Of a stretch of 64,000 bases of DNA, positions 21,717 through 31,661 are shown piece by piece. This stretch comes from Escherichia coli (GTDB taxonomy: Bacteria > Pseudomonadota > Gammaproteobacteria > Enterobacterales > Enterobacteriaceae). The notes below the pieces were generated by a model. The model searched no databases, was not told where the DNA came from, and worked only from the letters and a program-made list of their open reading frames with translations. The stretch's first letter is position 1. Every line of letters starts with the position of its first letter. Both the position numbers and the translations under genes were made by a program. The DNA lies in assembly GCF_003334785.1 (NCBI RefSeq), contig NZ_QOWV01000011.1; one strand, written 5' to 3'.

Positions 21717-23795
21717 TTAAATCAATGCCGATTTATCAATTCCCAGCCGCTTCATCCGTGACAGCAGGGTCGTGCGTTTCAGCCCCAGACGTTGCGCAGC
21801 GCCTTTAGGCCCGGCAACCACGCCGTTGGTTTCTTTCAGCACGCGCACAATCAACTGATATTCATCTTCGCCCTCCAGGGCGACAACCGTTGCGGCAGGC
21901 GGCGTTTCAGGTTCCGGTAAAACAATATCTGGCAATGACAGCTGCAGCACGTTACCGCGTGTTAGCAATACCGCGCGCTCAATGACGTTTTCCAGTTCGC
22001 GTACGTTACCCGGCCACTCCATGTTGCTCAAGGTGCGCAGCGTCTCGGCAGGAATGCTGTCGATATTGCGCCCCAGACGACGGGCAATTTTGAAGGTAAA
22101 GGCTTTCGCCAGCAGCGGAATATCTTCCGGACGCTCGCGTAGTGGCGGCAGGTGAATCGGGAATACGTTCAGGCGGTAATAGAGATCGCTACGGAACTCA
22201 CGGTCGGCGACCATTTTTTTCAGATCGCGGTTAGTCGCGGCGATTAGACGCACGTCCGTCTGAATGATTTTGTTGCTGCCGAGACGTTCAAACTCCTGTT
22301 CCTGCAATACACGCAGCAACTTCGGCTGTAACTCCAGTGGCATATCGCCCACTTCGTCGAGGAACAGGGAGCTTTTATCCGCCAGTTCAAAACGACCGAT
22401 ACGCTGGGCGCTGGCACCGGTAAAAGCCCCACGCTCATGACCAAACAGATCGCTTTCCAGCAATCCGGCAGGCATCGCCGCGCAGTTCATTTTGACCATG
22501 CGGCGATTATTACGCCCACTGAGATTATGGATCGCACGGGCAATCAGCTCTTTACCCGTGCCAGTTTCACCGAGGATCAGCACGGTACTGTCACTTTGCG
22601 CCACCATTTCAACTTGTTTAAGCACGCTGTACATGGCTTCGCTGCGGCCAATAATCTCGCCAAATTCACTATCAACATTGTTGAGCTGCTCGGTCAGGGC
22701 GAGGTTTTCATCAACCAGCCGTTCTTTCAGACGATGGATTTCCTGATAGGCGAGGGCGTTATCGACAGCGATTGCCACACGTTCGGCAATCTGGCGCAGT
22801 AAATTCAGATTGGTAGTGGTAAACACTTTCTCTTCGCATTGCGCCAGTTTCAGCACGCCCAGCATGGTGTCGCCAGACATCAGCGGTAACAGGCACAAGG
22901 TTTGAATCTGGTTGCCCCAGGTGTCGAACAACATGCGTTCATAGGGGGCTAAATCGTCCCGCTCGTGGAGATTGATCAGCAGCATCTCTTTACTTTTGAA
23001 CACGCGTTCGGTGAGGGTTCCGGCTTCATCGACTTCGCTCTGTTCGTGGGCGGGATGCTGTTTATCAAGATAGTGAGTGGAGTAGATGTTGAGTTTGTTT
23101 TTACGGTGGCTGCGTAAGACGATACTGATATCGTCAATGTCGAAATAGTAATGGATTTCTTTGGCGACTTCGCTGACCAGTTCGTCCATATCCAGGCGGG
23201 AAAGCACCGCGTTGGTGATGGCGACCAGGATGCGGAAGTTATCGCGTTCCCGGCATAACAACTCATAGTCGACATTGTTAACGACGCGGCTCTGGATTTG
23301 TTCGGTGACGACAGAAACGATCTGCGTAAATGTTTGCAGACGATTGAACTCTTTTTCGCTCCAGGGGCGATCGTCATAACGAATAAATTCACAGCCACCA
23401 AAAATATGCCCTTCCGCCGCCAGTGGCATCAGGCAATAGTGACCAAATTTTGGGTATAGCCCACCTGCGTCCAGCTGCGGCCAGGTTTCACAAAATTCTT
23501 CGTAACTGCAATGCAGCGTATCAGGGCGCGACAAAATGCTGCGTACCGGACCGTGTGCCAGAACAGTTTCGTCTTCATATTTAATGGGGGTGTCTTTTTC
23601 ACGCGACGCGTAATAAGACGCACGTTGAGTCTGCGCTTGCCACAACACAATAGCCGCGTTGTCGGCGAGCGCAGAACGCTTTACCAGTTGCGAAAGAGCC
23701 TCACACAGCGAGGCCAGATCGGGCTGCTGCAATAGTGTCCGAGTGATGTCGAACAACCCTTGTTGTCCGAGATCACTCATCGGTGTATATGACAT
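21717..23795 (-). CDS. fhlA: Formate hydrogenlyase transcriptional activator FhlA (sigma54-dependent enhancer-binding protein), 692 aa
   Basis: Start at the ATG giving MSYTPMSDLGQQ... (ORF track extends 12 codons upstream); AAA+ sigma54-interaction domain GETGTGKE...GAFTGA; C-terminal HTH. Confidence 0.93.
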   Translation of the reverse strand: MSYTPMSDLGQQGLFDITRTLLQQPDLASLCEALSQLVKRSALADNAAIVLWQAQTQRASYYASREKDTPIKYEDETVLAHGPVRSILSRPDTLHCSYEEFCETWPQLDAGGLYPKFGHYCLMPLAAEGHIFGGCEFIRYDDRPWSEKEFNRLQTFTQIVSVVTEQIQSRVVNNVDYELLCRERDNFRILVAITNAVLSRLDMDELVSEVAKEIHYYFDIDDISIVLRSHRKNKLNIYSTHYLDKQHPAHEQSEVDEAGTLTERVFKSKEMLLINLHERDDLAPYERMLFDTWGNQIQTLCLLPLMSGDTMLGVLKLAQCEEKVFTTTNLNLLRQIAERVAIAVDNALAYQEIHRLKERLVDENLALTEQLNNVDSEFGEIIGRSEAMYSVLKQVEMVAQSDSTVLILGETGTGKELIARAIHNLSGRNNRRMVKMNCAAMPAGLLESDLFGHERGAFTGASAQRIGRFELADKSSLFLDEVGDMPLELQPKLLRVLQEQEFERLGSNKIIQTDVRLIAATNRDLKKMVADREFRSDLYYRLNVFPIHLPPLRERPEDIPLLAKAFTFKIARRLGRNIDSIPAETLRTLSNMEWPGNVRELENVIERAVLLTRGNVLQLSLPDIVLPEPETPPAATVVALEGEDEYQLIVRVLKETNGVVAGPKGAAQRLGLKRTTLLSRMKRLGIDKSALI

Positions 23796-23868
23796 TTTGT
23801 TCTTCCAGGAAAGCACCGCAAAGCGGTGCAAAAGGTCATTGACTAACTATAGGAGATTTAGAATTTTA

Positions 23869-24879
23869 TTAGCATATACGCGGAAGCGGTTCGGCGTGTG
23901 GTAAATCGAGGGTTCGTTTCACGCCATACAGACCGGCAAGACGAACACCTTTACGTTCCACCACTTCACCAATCAGCGCCGCGTCTTTCCCCAGTGGATG
24001 GGAATGTAACGCTGCCAGCACTTGCTCTGCCGCGTTGCGTTCAACAGCTATTACTAGTTTGCCTTCGTTGGCAAAGTTCAGGGCGTCCAGTCCCAGCAAT
24101 TCGCAAACGCCACGCACGGCAGGTTTAACAGGCAGTGCCGCTTCTGAAAGTTCAATACCACAACCGCAGGCTGCCGCGAACTCATGAACCACCGCGTTTA
24201 CACCACCACGGGTGGCATCACGCAGCGCTTTCACGCCGGGAATGTCACGCAGCGTCTGAATAAGCGGCGTCAGCACCGCGCAGTCGCTGACCAGTTCGCC
24301 ATCCAGCCCCAGCTGCTCACGCAGGTTAAGGATAGTCGCCCCGTGGTCGCCGAGTGTACCGCTCACCAGCAATACATCGCCTGCGGTTAGCGTCTGTGCG
24401 CCCCAGTGAATATTCGCCGGAATTGCGCCCATGCCAGCGGTGTTGATAAACAGTTTATCTACCGCGCCGCGCTGCACCACTTTAGTATCGCCAGTAACGA
24501 TGGCAATGCCTGCCGCGCGGGCGGTTTCTGCCATGCTGGTCACTACGGCTTTCAGTGTCTCCATCGGCAATCCTTCTTCGAGGATAAAGCCACAGGAGAG
24601 ATAGCGCGGAATAGCGCCACTGACCGCAACGTCATTGGCTGTGCCGCAAATCGCCAGCTTGCCGATATTACCGCCAGGGAAGAACAGCGGGTCAATAACG
24701 TAACTGTCGGTGGAGAACGCCAGACGGTCGCCTTCCGCTACCAGCTGCGCCAGATCAAGACGTGCCTGATCTTCCTGCTCTGCCAGCCACGGGTTGGCAA
24801 AGGCTTCCATAAACAGGCTGTTGATTAATTGCTGCATCGCCTGGCCGCCGCTACCGTGGGCGAGTTGGATATTATTCAC
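23869..24879 (-). CDS. hypE: [NiFe]-hydrogenase maturation protein HypE, 336 aa
   Basis: AIR-synthase-like fold; C-terminal PRIC motif. Confidence 0.95.
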   Translation of the reverse strand: MNNIQLAHGSGGQAMQQLINSLFMEAFANPWLAEQEDQARLDLAQLVAEGDRLAFSTDSYVIDPLFFPGGNIGKLAICGTANDVAVSGAIPRYLSCGFILEEGLPMETLKAVVTSMAETARAAGIAIVTGDTKVVQRGAVDKLFINTAGMGAIPANIHWGAQTLTAGDVLLVSGTLGDHGATILNLREQLGLDGELVSDCAVLTPLIQTLRDIPGVKALRDATRGGVNAVVHEFAAACGCGIELSEAALPVKPAVRGVCELLGLDALNFANEGKLVIAVERNAAEQVLAALHSHPLGKDAALIGEVVERKGVRLAGLYGVKRTLDLPHAEPLPRIC

Positions 24880-25997
24880 GCTTCACTCTCCTGCTGACGA
24901 TACTGATACCACGCGGCGCACGCTCCTTCGGAGGAAACCATCAGCGCACCAAACGCGGTTTGAGGATTACAGGTGTTACCAAACAGCGGGCATTGATGCG
25001 GCTTACATTTGCCCGTTAATACCTCACCACAACGCGCGCGCGGGTCATCGCAGACCTGCTGCGGTGCCGGGCGGAAATGTGCTTCGGCATCGAATCGTTG
25101 ATAATCCGGCGTCAGGTGCACGCCAGAAGATTCAATCACGCCTAAGCCGCGCCATTCGCTGTCGCCGTTGACACAGAACACATCGGCAATCGCCTGTTGC
25201 GCCAGCAGGTTACCGGCATCCGGTACCACTCGACGATACTGATTCTCTACCTTGCTGTGGGCCGCTATTTTCTGCTGCACCAGCATGACCACGCCTTGTA
25301 GTAGATCAAGGGGTTCGAATCCAGCAACCACCAGCGGACGATGAAAATCGCTGGCGATAAAATTATAGGCGTCGGTGCCGATAACCATACTGACGTGACC
25401 CGGCGCGAGGAACGCATCGATACCGTTATCCGGCTGTTCCAGCAAACTGCGCAACGTCGGGATAAGCGTAATGTGCTGGCAGAAGAAGTAAAAATTCTGC
25501 ACATCACGCGCTTTCGCCTGTTGCAGAGTGATAGCGGTGGTCGGCATAGTGGTTTCAAAACCTAAGCCGAAGAACACCACTTTGCGGGTTGGATTCTCCT
25601 GCGCCAGTTTCAACGCATCCATCGGCGAGTAAACGATGCGCACATCGGCACCGCGTGCTTTTGCCTGCAACAGCGATCCCTGTTTCCCCGGCACGCGCAT
25701 GGCGTCGCCAAAGGTACAGAAGATGACTTCCGGATGGCTGGCAATCTCCACGCAGGTGTCGATTCTACCCATCGGCAGTACGCACACCGGGCACCCCGGA
25801 CCGTGGATAAACTCAACGTTTTCCGGCAGTAACTGGTCGAGGCCGAATTTAAAGATAGCGTGGGTATGACCGCCACACACTTCCATAATCCGCAGAGGGC
25901 GTTCGGCGGTGTAAGAGAGATGTGAAGCACGTTCGCGCAGATGCTCAATTAACTGCATCACCTGTTCCGGCGCGCGATATTCATCAACAAAACGCAT
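24876..25997 (-). CDS. hypD: [NiFe]-hydrogenase maturation protein HypD, 373 aa
   Basis: Conserved CGxH and CPVC motifs; overlaps hypE. Confidence 0.95.
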   Translation of the reverse strand: MRFVDEYRAPEQVMQLIEHLRERASHLSYTAERPLRIMEVCGGHTHAIFKFGLDQLLPENVEFIHGPGCPVCVLPMGRIDTCVEIASHPEVIFCTFGDAMRVPGKQGSLLQAKARGADVRIVYSPMDALKLAQENPTRKVVFFGLGFETTMPTTAITLQQAKARDVQNFYFFCQHITLIPTLRSLLEQPDNGIDAFLAPGHVSMVIGTDAYNFIASDFHRPLVVAGFEPLDLLQGVVMLVQQKIAAHSKVENQYRRVVPDAGNLLAQQAIADVFCVNGDSEWRGLGVIESSGVHLTPDYQRFDAEAHFRPAPQQVCDDPRARCGEVLTGKCKPHQCPLFGNTCNPQTAFGALMVSSEGACAAWYQYRQQESEA

Positions 25998-26269
25998 TAT
26001 TTTTCCTCGCCATACAACAGCGCGCCGACATCCGGCTCAACGTCAAACATGTTTTGTAAGGCGTCGAGAGTGTCGCGTGCTTCGGCTTCATTAATTACGC
26101 TCATGGCAAAGCCAACGTGTACCAGTACCCACTGGCCCACGCGCGGCTGACCGTTTTCATCGCAGCTGCCGACTAACGTTAAATCGACATCGCGCTGAAT
26201 GCCGCAGACGTCGACTTTCGCCTGGTTGCCGTCAATGGTGCGGATCTGGCCGGGAACGCCTATGCACAT
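25997..26269 (-). CDS. hypC: [NiFe]-hydrogenase maturation chaperone HypC, 90 aa
   Basis: Start set at the ATG giving [14 protein letters not shown]... (conserved N-terminal Met-Cys); ORF track is extended by 9 codons. Confidence 0.9.
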   Translation of the reverse strand: MCIGVPGQIRTIDGNQAKVDVCGIQRDVDLTLVGSCDENGQPRVGQWVLVHVGFAMSVINEAEARDTLDALQNMFDVEPDVGALLYGEEK

Positions 26270-27132
26270 CGCTGTGTCTCCAGCCAGTTCAGCCACTGGT
26301 CCATCCCTTCGCCGCTGGTGGCGGAAATAAGGATGATTTCAATTTCTGGATTGACTTCGCGGGCGCAGGCGATGCACTTTTCAACGTCAAAGTTGAGATA
26401 CGGCAACAGGTCAACTTTGTTGAGCAGCATCAGCGAGGCGGCGGCAAACATATGCGGATATTTCAGCGGTTTGTCTTCACCTTCGGTAACGGAAAGCACC
26501 GCCACTTTGTGTTTTTCACCGAGATCGAAGCTGGCCGGGCATACGAGGTTGCCAACGTTTTCGATAAACAGAATACCGTTATCGTCCAGTGGCAGACGCG
26601 GTGCGGCGTCGGCAATCATCTGTGCGTCAAGATGGCAGCCTTTACCGGTGTTCACCTGAATCGCTGGTGTGCCGGTAGCGCGAATGCGTGCGGCATCGTT
26701 CACGGTTTGCTGGTCGCCTTCAATAACTGCGCACGGAACGCTGTCTTTCAGGCGCATTAGGGTTTCCGTCAGCAGGGTGGTTTTACCGGAACCAGGGCTG
26801 GAAACCAGGTTGAGCACCAGTTGCTTGCGGGCAGCAAAGCGCGCGCGGTTGCGTTCAGCCAGACGGTTATTTTTGTCCAGCACGTCAATTTCGACTTCCA
26901 GCATCCGACGCTGGCTCATGCCCGGTGCGTGAGTGCCCGCTTCGCCATGACCGTAATGCAGGTCGCCTTCTTCAGTCTGGCTGGGGGTAAATTCAGGCGC
27001 TTTAATGCCGGTGATTTTCATCTTCGGGCGTGCCGCCGGGGCAAATGGCGCGCTACGAAACGCGGAATGAGGGTTATGTTCATCACCCTCGATATACAGG
27101 TTGCCTTCACCGCAACCGCATGTTGTACACAT
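26260..27132 (-). CDS. hypB: [NiFe]-hydrogenase nickel-incorporation GTPase HypB, 290 aa
   Basis: N-terminal [10 protein letters not shown] metal-binding motif; P-loop GSGKTT. Confidence 0.95.
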   Translation of the reverse strand: MCTTCGCGEGNLYIEGDEHNPHSAFRSAPFAPAARPKMKITGIKAPEFTPSQTEEGDLHYGHGEAGTHAPGMSQRRMLEVEIDVLDKNNRLAERNRARFAARKQLVLNLVSSPGSGKTTLLTETLMRLKDSVPCAVIEGDQQTVNDAARIRATGTPAIQVNTGKGCHLDAQMIADAAPRLPLDDNGILFIENVGNLVCPASFDLGEKHKVAVLSVTEGEDKPLKYPHMFAAASLMLLNKVDLLPYLNFDVEKCIACAREVNPEIEIILISATSGEGMDQWLNWLETQRCA

Positions 27133-27135
27133 CGC

Positions 27136-27486
27136 TCACTCCTGGTCTATTTCTATCCGCCGAATCTGTAAACCGTCGTCTGCCACAATCTGCAGCATGT
27201 CACCATGACACTGTGGACAGCGGCGGACGCGCTGGGTCAGTAGCGTCACATACTGTTGGCATGTTTCACACCAGCATTCGGCCTCTTGTTCTTCGAGGTG
27301 CAGTTTACAACCTTCCGCCACGCTGCCGCGGCAAACCAGATCAAAACAAAAGGCAAGAGAGCTGGTTTCGACACAAGAAAATGCGCCAATTTTGAGCCAG
27401 ACCCCAGTTACGCGTTTTGCGCCGTGTTTTGCGGCCTGCTGTTCGATCAATTCCAGTGCCCGTTGGCAGAGGGTTATTTCGTGCAT
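27136..27486 (-). CDS. hypA: [NiFe]-hydrogenase nickel-insertion protein HypA, 116 aa
   Basis: Start at the ATG giving MHEITLCQRALELIE...; zinc-binding CxxC...CxxC. Confidence 0.92.
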   Translation of the reverse strand: MHEITLCQRALELIEQQAAKHGAKRVTGVWLKIGAFSCVETSSLAFCFDLVCRGSVAEGCKLHLEEQEAECWCETCQQYVTLLTQRVRRCPQCHGDMLQIVADDGLQIRRIEIDQE

Positions 27487-27517
27487 ATCGCCTCCCATTA
27501 ACTATTGCCAGCTACAA

Positions 27518-27533
27518 GCAATAATTGTGCCAG
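27518..27533 (-). promoter_or_regulatory. sigma54 (-24/-12) promoter for the hyp operon: CTGGCACAATTATTGC on the minus strand
   Basis: GG-N10-GC with TGGCAC and TTGC elements, about 32 nt upstream of the hypA ATG. Confidence 0.7.
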
Positions 27534-27554
27534 TGTTGATTATCCCTGCGGTGA

Positions 27555-27606
27555 ATAATGTCGATGATGTCGAAATGACACGTCGACACGGCGACGAAAT
27601 TCATCT
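27555..27606. promoter_or_regulatory. Candidate FhlA upstream activating sequence between the divergent hyp and hyc promoters
   Basis: Cluster of repeated TGTCGA / CGACGAAAT motifs (ATGTCGATGATGTCGAAATGACACGTCGACACGGCGACGAAATTCA) between the two sigma54 promoters. Confidence 0.4.
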
Positions 27607-27645
27607 TTAGCTTAAAAATCTCTTTAATAACAATAAATTAAAAGT

Positions 27646-27661
27646 TGGCACAAAAAATGCT
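27646..27661 (+). promoter_or_regulatory. sigma54 (-24/-12) promoter for the hyc operon: TGGCACAAAAAATGCT
   Basis: GG-N10-GC with a TGGCAC -24 element, about 40 nt upstream of the hycA ATG. Confidence 0.7.
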
Positions 27662-27697
27662 TAAAGCTGGCATCTCTGTTAAACGGGTAACCTGACA

Positions 27698-28159
27698 ATG
27701 ACTATTTGGGAAATAAGCGAGAAAGCCGATTACATCGCACAGCGGCATCGTCGCCTACAGGACCAGTGGCACATCTACTGCAATTCGCTGGTTCAGGGGA
27801 TCACGTTATCGAAAGCGCGCCTGCATCACGCCATGAGCTGCGCGCCGGACAAAGAACTCTGTTTCGTCCTTTTTGAACATTTTCGCATTTACGTCACCCT
27901 GGCGGATGGCTTTAACAGCCACACCATCGAGTATTACGTCGAAACAAAAGATGGCGAAGACAAACAGCGGATTGCGCAGGCGCAACTGAGCATTGACGGC
28001 ATGATTGATGGCAAGGTCAACATCCGCGATCGCGAACAGGTTCTGGAACACTATCTCGAAAAAATCGCTGGCGTTTACGACAGCTTATACACCGCTATTG
28101 AAAACAATGTGCCGGTGAATTTAAGCCAACTGGTAAAGGGACAAAGCCCGGCAGCATGA
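27698..28159 (+). CDS. hycA: Formate hydrogenlyase regulatory protein HycA, 153 aa
   Basis: Translation MTIWEISEKADYIAQRHRRLQDQWHIYCNSL... Confidence 0.93.
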   Translation: MTIWEISEKADYIAQRHRRLQDQWHIYCNSLVQGITLSKARLHHAMSCAPDKELCFVLFEHFRIYVTLADGFNSHTIEYYVETKDGEDKQRIAQAQLSIDGMIDGKVNIRDREQVLEHYLEKIAGVYDSLYTAIENNVPVNLSQLVKGQSPAA

Positions 28160-28283
28160 GCTGAGGCTTTGCCCGTTTTGCAGGCGTTACGCCTGTTTGG
28201 GGATGGGCGTGTCGATGAGTGTCGAAAATGACATTTCATCGGCATGTTTTCGTCAAAAATGACAATCACCTGAGGAATGCCTG

Positions 28284-28895
28284 GTGAATCGTTTTGTAAT
28301 TGCTGACTCCACGCTCTGTATCGGCTGCCACACTTGTGAGGCCGCCTGTTCAGAGACGCATCGCCAGCACGGCCTGCAATCAATGCCGCGCCTGAGAGTG
28401 ATGCTGAATGAAAAAGAATCTGCGCCGCAGCTCTGTCACCACTGTGAAGATGCACCCTGCGCGGTGGTCTGCCCGGTTAACGCCATCACCCGCGTCGATG
28501 GGGCCGTGCAGTTGAATGAAAGCCTGTGCGTAAGCTGCAAGCTGTGCGGCATCGCCTGCCCGTTTGGCGCAATTGAATTTTCCGGCAGCCGTCCGCTGGA
28601 TATTCCGGCAAACGCCAATACCCCGAAAGCGCCACCGGCACCGCCTGCTCCGGCGCGTGTCAGCACATTGCTTGACTGGGTGCCAGGTATTCGCGCGATC
28701 GCCGTCAAATGTGACCTTTGTAGCTTTGATGAACAAGGTCCGGCCTGCGTGCGGATGTGCCCGACTAAAGCCCTGCATCTGGTGGATAACACCGATATCG
28801 CCCGCGTCAGCAAACGTAAGCGTGAGCTGACCTTTAACACGGACTTTGGCGATCTCACCTTGTTTCAGCAGGCTCAAAGTGGAGAGGCTAAATGA
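28284..28895 (+). CDS. hycB: Formate hydrogenlyase subunit 2 (4Fe-4S ferredoxin-type), 203 aa, GTG start
   Basis: Multiple CxxCxxCxxxCP motifs; GAGGA RBS. Confidence 0.93.
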   Translation: MNRFVIADSTLCIGCHTCEAACSETHRQHGLQSMPRLRVMLNEKESAPQLCHHCEDAPCAVVCPVNAITRVDGAVQLNESLCVSCKLCGIACPFGAIEFSGSRPLDIPANANTPKAPPAPPAPARVSTLLDWVPGIRAIAVKCDLCSFDEQGPACVRMCPTKALHLVDNTDIARVSKRKRELTFNTDFGDLTLFQQAQSGEAK

Positions 28896-30718
28896 GCGCA
28901 ATTTCCCTGATCAATAGCGGCGTGGCGTGGTTTGTCGCCGCCGCTGTTCTGGCATTTCTCTTTTCTTTTCAAAAAGCGTTAAGTGGCTGGATAGCTGGAA
29001 TTGGCGGCGCGGTTGGTAGTCTGTATACGGCAGCCGCGGGCTTCACTGTACTGACTGGCGCGGTTGGCGTGAGCGGTGCGCTGTCGCTGGTAAGCTACGA
29101 TGTGCAAATCTCTCCGCTTAACGCGATTTGGCTGATTACGCTCGGTCTGTGCGGTCTGTTTGTCAGCCTCTACAACATTGACTGGCATCGCCACGCGCAG
29201 GTGAAGTGCAACGGCTTGCAGATCAATATGTTGATGGCTGCCGCCGTCTGCGCCGTCATTGCCAGCAACCTCGGCATGTTCGTGGTAATGGCCGAAATCA
29301 TGGCCCTGTGCGCGGTGTTCCTCACCAGCAACAGCAAAGAGGGCAAACTGTGGTTTGCGCTGGGGCGTCTTGGCACTCTGCTGCTGGCGATTGCTTGCTG
29401 GCTGCTGTGGCAGCGTTACGGCACGCTGGATCTGCGCCTGCTGGATATGCGTATGCAACAGCTGCCGCTCGGTTCCGATATCTGGCTGCTCGGAGTGATT
29501 GGCTTTGGCCTGCTGGCCGGGATTATTCCGCTGCACGGCTGGGTGCCGCAGGCACATGCGAACGCCTCTGCGCCAGCTGCCGCGTTGTTTTCTACGGTAG
29601 TCATGAAAATTGGCCTGCTGGGCATTTTAACCCTGTCACTGCTGGGCGGTAATGCACCGCTGTGGTGGGGGATCGCGCTGCTGGTGCTCGGCATGATCAC
29701 CGCGTTTGTCGGTGGTCTGTATGCGCTGGTGGAGCACAACATCCAGCGCCTGCTGGCTTACCACACCCTGGAAAATATCGGCATCATCCTGCTGGGGCTG
29801 GGCGCTGGCGTAACGGGTATCGCGCTCGAACAACCGGCGCTGATTGCTCTTGGCCTGGTCGGTGGTCTGTACCATCTGCTTAACCATAGCCTGTTCAAAA
29901 GCGTACTGTTCCTCGGGGCGGGGAGCGTCTGGTTCCGTACCGGTCATCGCGATATCGAAAAACTCGGTGGTATTGGCAAGAAAATGCCGGTTATCTCCAT
30001 CGCCATGTTAGTCGGGCTGATGGCAATGGCTGCGCTGCCGCCGCTGAATGGTTTTGCCGGGGAATGGGTTATCTATCAATCATTTTTCAAACTGAGCAAT
30101 AGTGGCGCGTTTGTTGCCCGTCTGCTGGGGCCGCTGCTCGCTGTGGGGCTGGCAATTACCGGTGCGCTGGCGGTGATGTGTATGGCGAAAGTCTATGGCG
30201 TCACGTTCCTCGGCGCGCCGCGCACCAAAGAAGCCGAAAACGCCACCTGTGCGCCGCTCCTGATGAGCGTAAGCGTAGTGGCACTGGCGATTTGCTGCGT
30301 AATTGGCGGTGTTGCTGCGCCGTGGCTACTGCCGATGCTCTCTGCTGCTGTACCTCTGCCGCTGGAGCCTGCTAACACCACCGTTTCTCAACCGATGATC
30401 ACGTTGCTGCTGATTGCCTGCCCGCTGCTGCCATTCATCATTATGGCGATTTGCAAAGGCGATCGTTTGCCATCGCGTTCCCGCGGTGCGGCCTGGGTGT
30501 GCGGTTACGACCACGAAAAATCAATGGTGATTACCGCTCACGGTTTTGCCATGCCGGTGAAACAGGCGTTTGCGCCGGTGCTGAAACTACGCAAATGGCT
30601 GAATCCGGTGTCTCTGGTGCCGGGCTGGCAGTGCGAGGGGAGTGCGTTGCTGTTCCGCCGGATGGCGCTGGTTGAACTGGCGGTACTGGTGGTGATTATT
30701 GTTTCACGAGGAGCCTGA
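28892..30718 (+). CDS. hycC: Formate hydrogenlyase subunit 3 (NuoL/MrpA-like membrane antiporter subunit), 608 aa
   Basis: Polytopic membrane protein; 4-nt overlap with hycB. Confidence 0.93.
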   Translation: MSAISLINSGVAWFVAAAVLAFLFSFQKALSGWIAGIGGAVGSLYTAAAGFTVLTGAVGVSGALSLVSYDVQISPLNAIWLITLGLCGLFVSLYNIDWHRHAQVKCNGLQINMLMAAAVCAVIASNLGMFVVMAEIMALCAVFLTSNSKEGKLWFALGRLGTLLLAIACWLLWQRYGTLDLRLLDMRMQQLPLGSDIWLLGVIGFGLLAGIIPLHGWVPQAHANASAPAAALFSTVVMKIGLLGILTLSLLGGNAPLWWGIALLVLGMITAFVGGLYALVEHNIQRLLAYHTLENIGIILLGLGAGVTGIALEQPALIALGLVGGLYHLLNHSLFKSVLFLGAGSVWFRTGHRDIEKLGGIGKKMPVISIAMLVGLMAMAALPPLNGFAGEWVIYQSFFKLSNSGAFVARLLGPLLAVGLAITGALAVMCMAKVYGVTFLGAPRTKEAENATCAPLLMSVSVVALAICCVIGGVAAPWLLPMLSAAVPLPLEPANTTVSQPMITLLLIACPLLPFIIMAICKGDRLPSRSRGAAWVCGYDHEKSMVITAHGFAMPVKQAFAPVLKLRKWLNPVSLVPGWQCEGSALLFRRMALVELAVLVVIIVSRGA

Positions 30719-30720
30719 GA

Positions 30721-31644
30721 ATGAGTGTTTTATATCCGTTAATTCAGGCGCTGGTGTTATTTGCCGTTGCGCCGCTGCTCTCCGGTATAACCCGCGTGGC
30801 GCGCGCCCGCTTGCATAACCGTCGCGGGCCGGGCGTGTTGCAGGAGTATCGCGACATTATCAAACTGCTGGGGCGTCAGAGCGTCGGCCCGGATGCCTCC
30901 GGCTGGGTGTTCCGCCTGACGCCGTATGTGATGGTGGGCGTCATGCTGACTATCGCTACTGCGCTGCCGGTGGTGACCGTCGGTTCTCCGCTGCCGCAAC
31001 TGGGTGATTTGATCACCTTACTGTATCTCTTTGCCATCGCGCGTTTCTTCTTTGCCATTTCTGGTCTGGATACCGGTAGCCCGTTTACCGCTATCGGCGC
31101 GAGCCGTGAAGCGATGCTTGGCGTGCTGGTCGAACCGATGCTGCTGCTTGGTCTGTGGGTTGCCGCACAGGTTGCCGGTTCCACCAACATCAGCAACATC
31201 ACCGACACCGTTTATCACTGGCCGCAGAGCCAGAGCATCCCGCTGGTACTGGCGCTTTGTGCCTGTGCGTTCGCCACCTTTATCGAAATGGGCAAACTGC
31301 CGTTCGACCTGGCGGAAGCCGAGCAGGAGCTGCAGGAAGGCCCGCTCTCTGAATACAGCGGCAGCGGCTTTGGCGTCATGAAATGGGGTATCAGCCTGAA
31401 ACAGCTGGTGGTGTTGCAGATGTTCGTCGGGGTGTTTATTCCGTGGGGACAAATGGAAACCTTCACCGCCGGTGGACTGCTGCTGGCGCTGGTGATTGCC
31501 ATCGTAAAACTGGTGGTCGGCGTCCTGGTTATCGCGCTGTTCGAAAACAGCATGGCCCGTCTGCGTCTTGATATTACTCCGCGCATTACCTGGGCTGGGT
31601 TTGGCTTTGCATTTTTAGCGTTCGTCTCCTTGCTGGCGGCGTGA
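30721..31644 (+). CDS. hycD: Formate hydrogenlyase subunit 4 (NuoH-like membrane subunit), 307 aa
   Basis: Translation MSVLYPLIQALVLFAVAPLLSG... Confidence 0.93.
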   Translation: MSVLYPLIQALVLFAVAPLLSGITRVARARLHNRRGPGVLQEYRDIIKLLGRQSVGPDASGWVFRLTPYVMVGVMLTIATALPVVTVGSPLPQLGDLITLLYLFAIARFFFAISGLDTGSPFTAIGASREAMLGVLVEPMLLLGLWVAAQVAGSTNISNITDTVYHWPQSQSIPLVLALCACAFATFIEMGKLPFDLAEAEQELQEGPLSEYSGSGFGVMKWGISLKQLVVLQMFVGVFIPWGQMETFTAGGLLLALVIAIVKLVVGVLVIALFENSMARLRLDITPRITWAGFGFAFLAFVSLLAA

Positions 31645-31661
31645 TTAAAGAGAGTTTGAGC

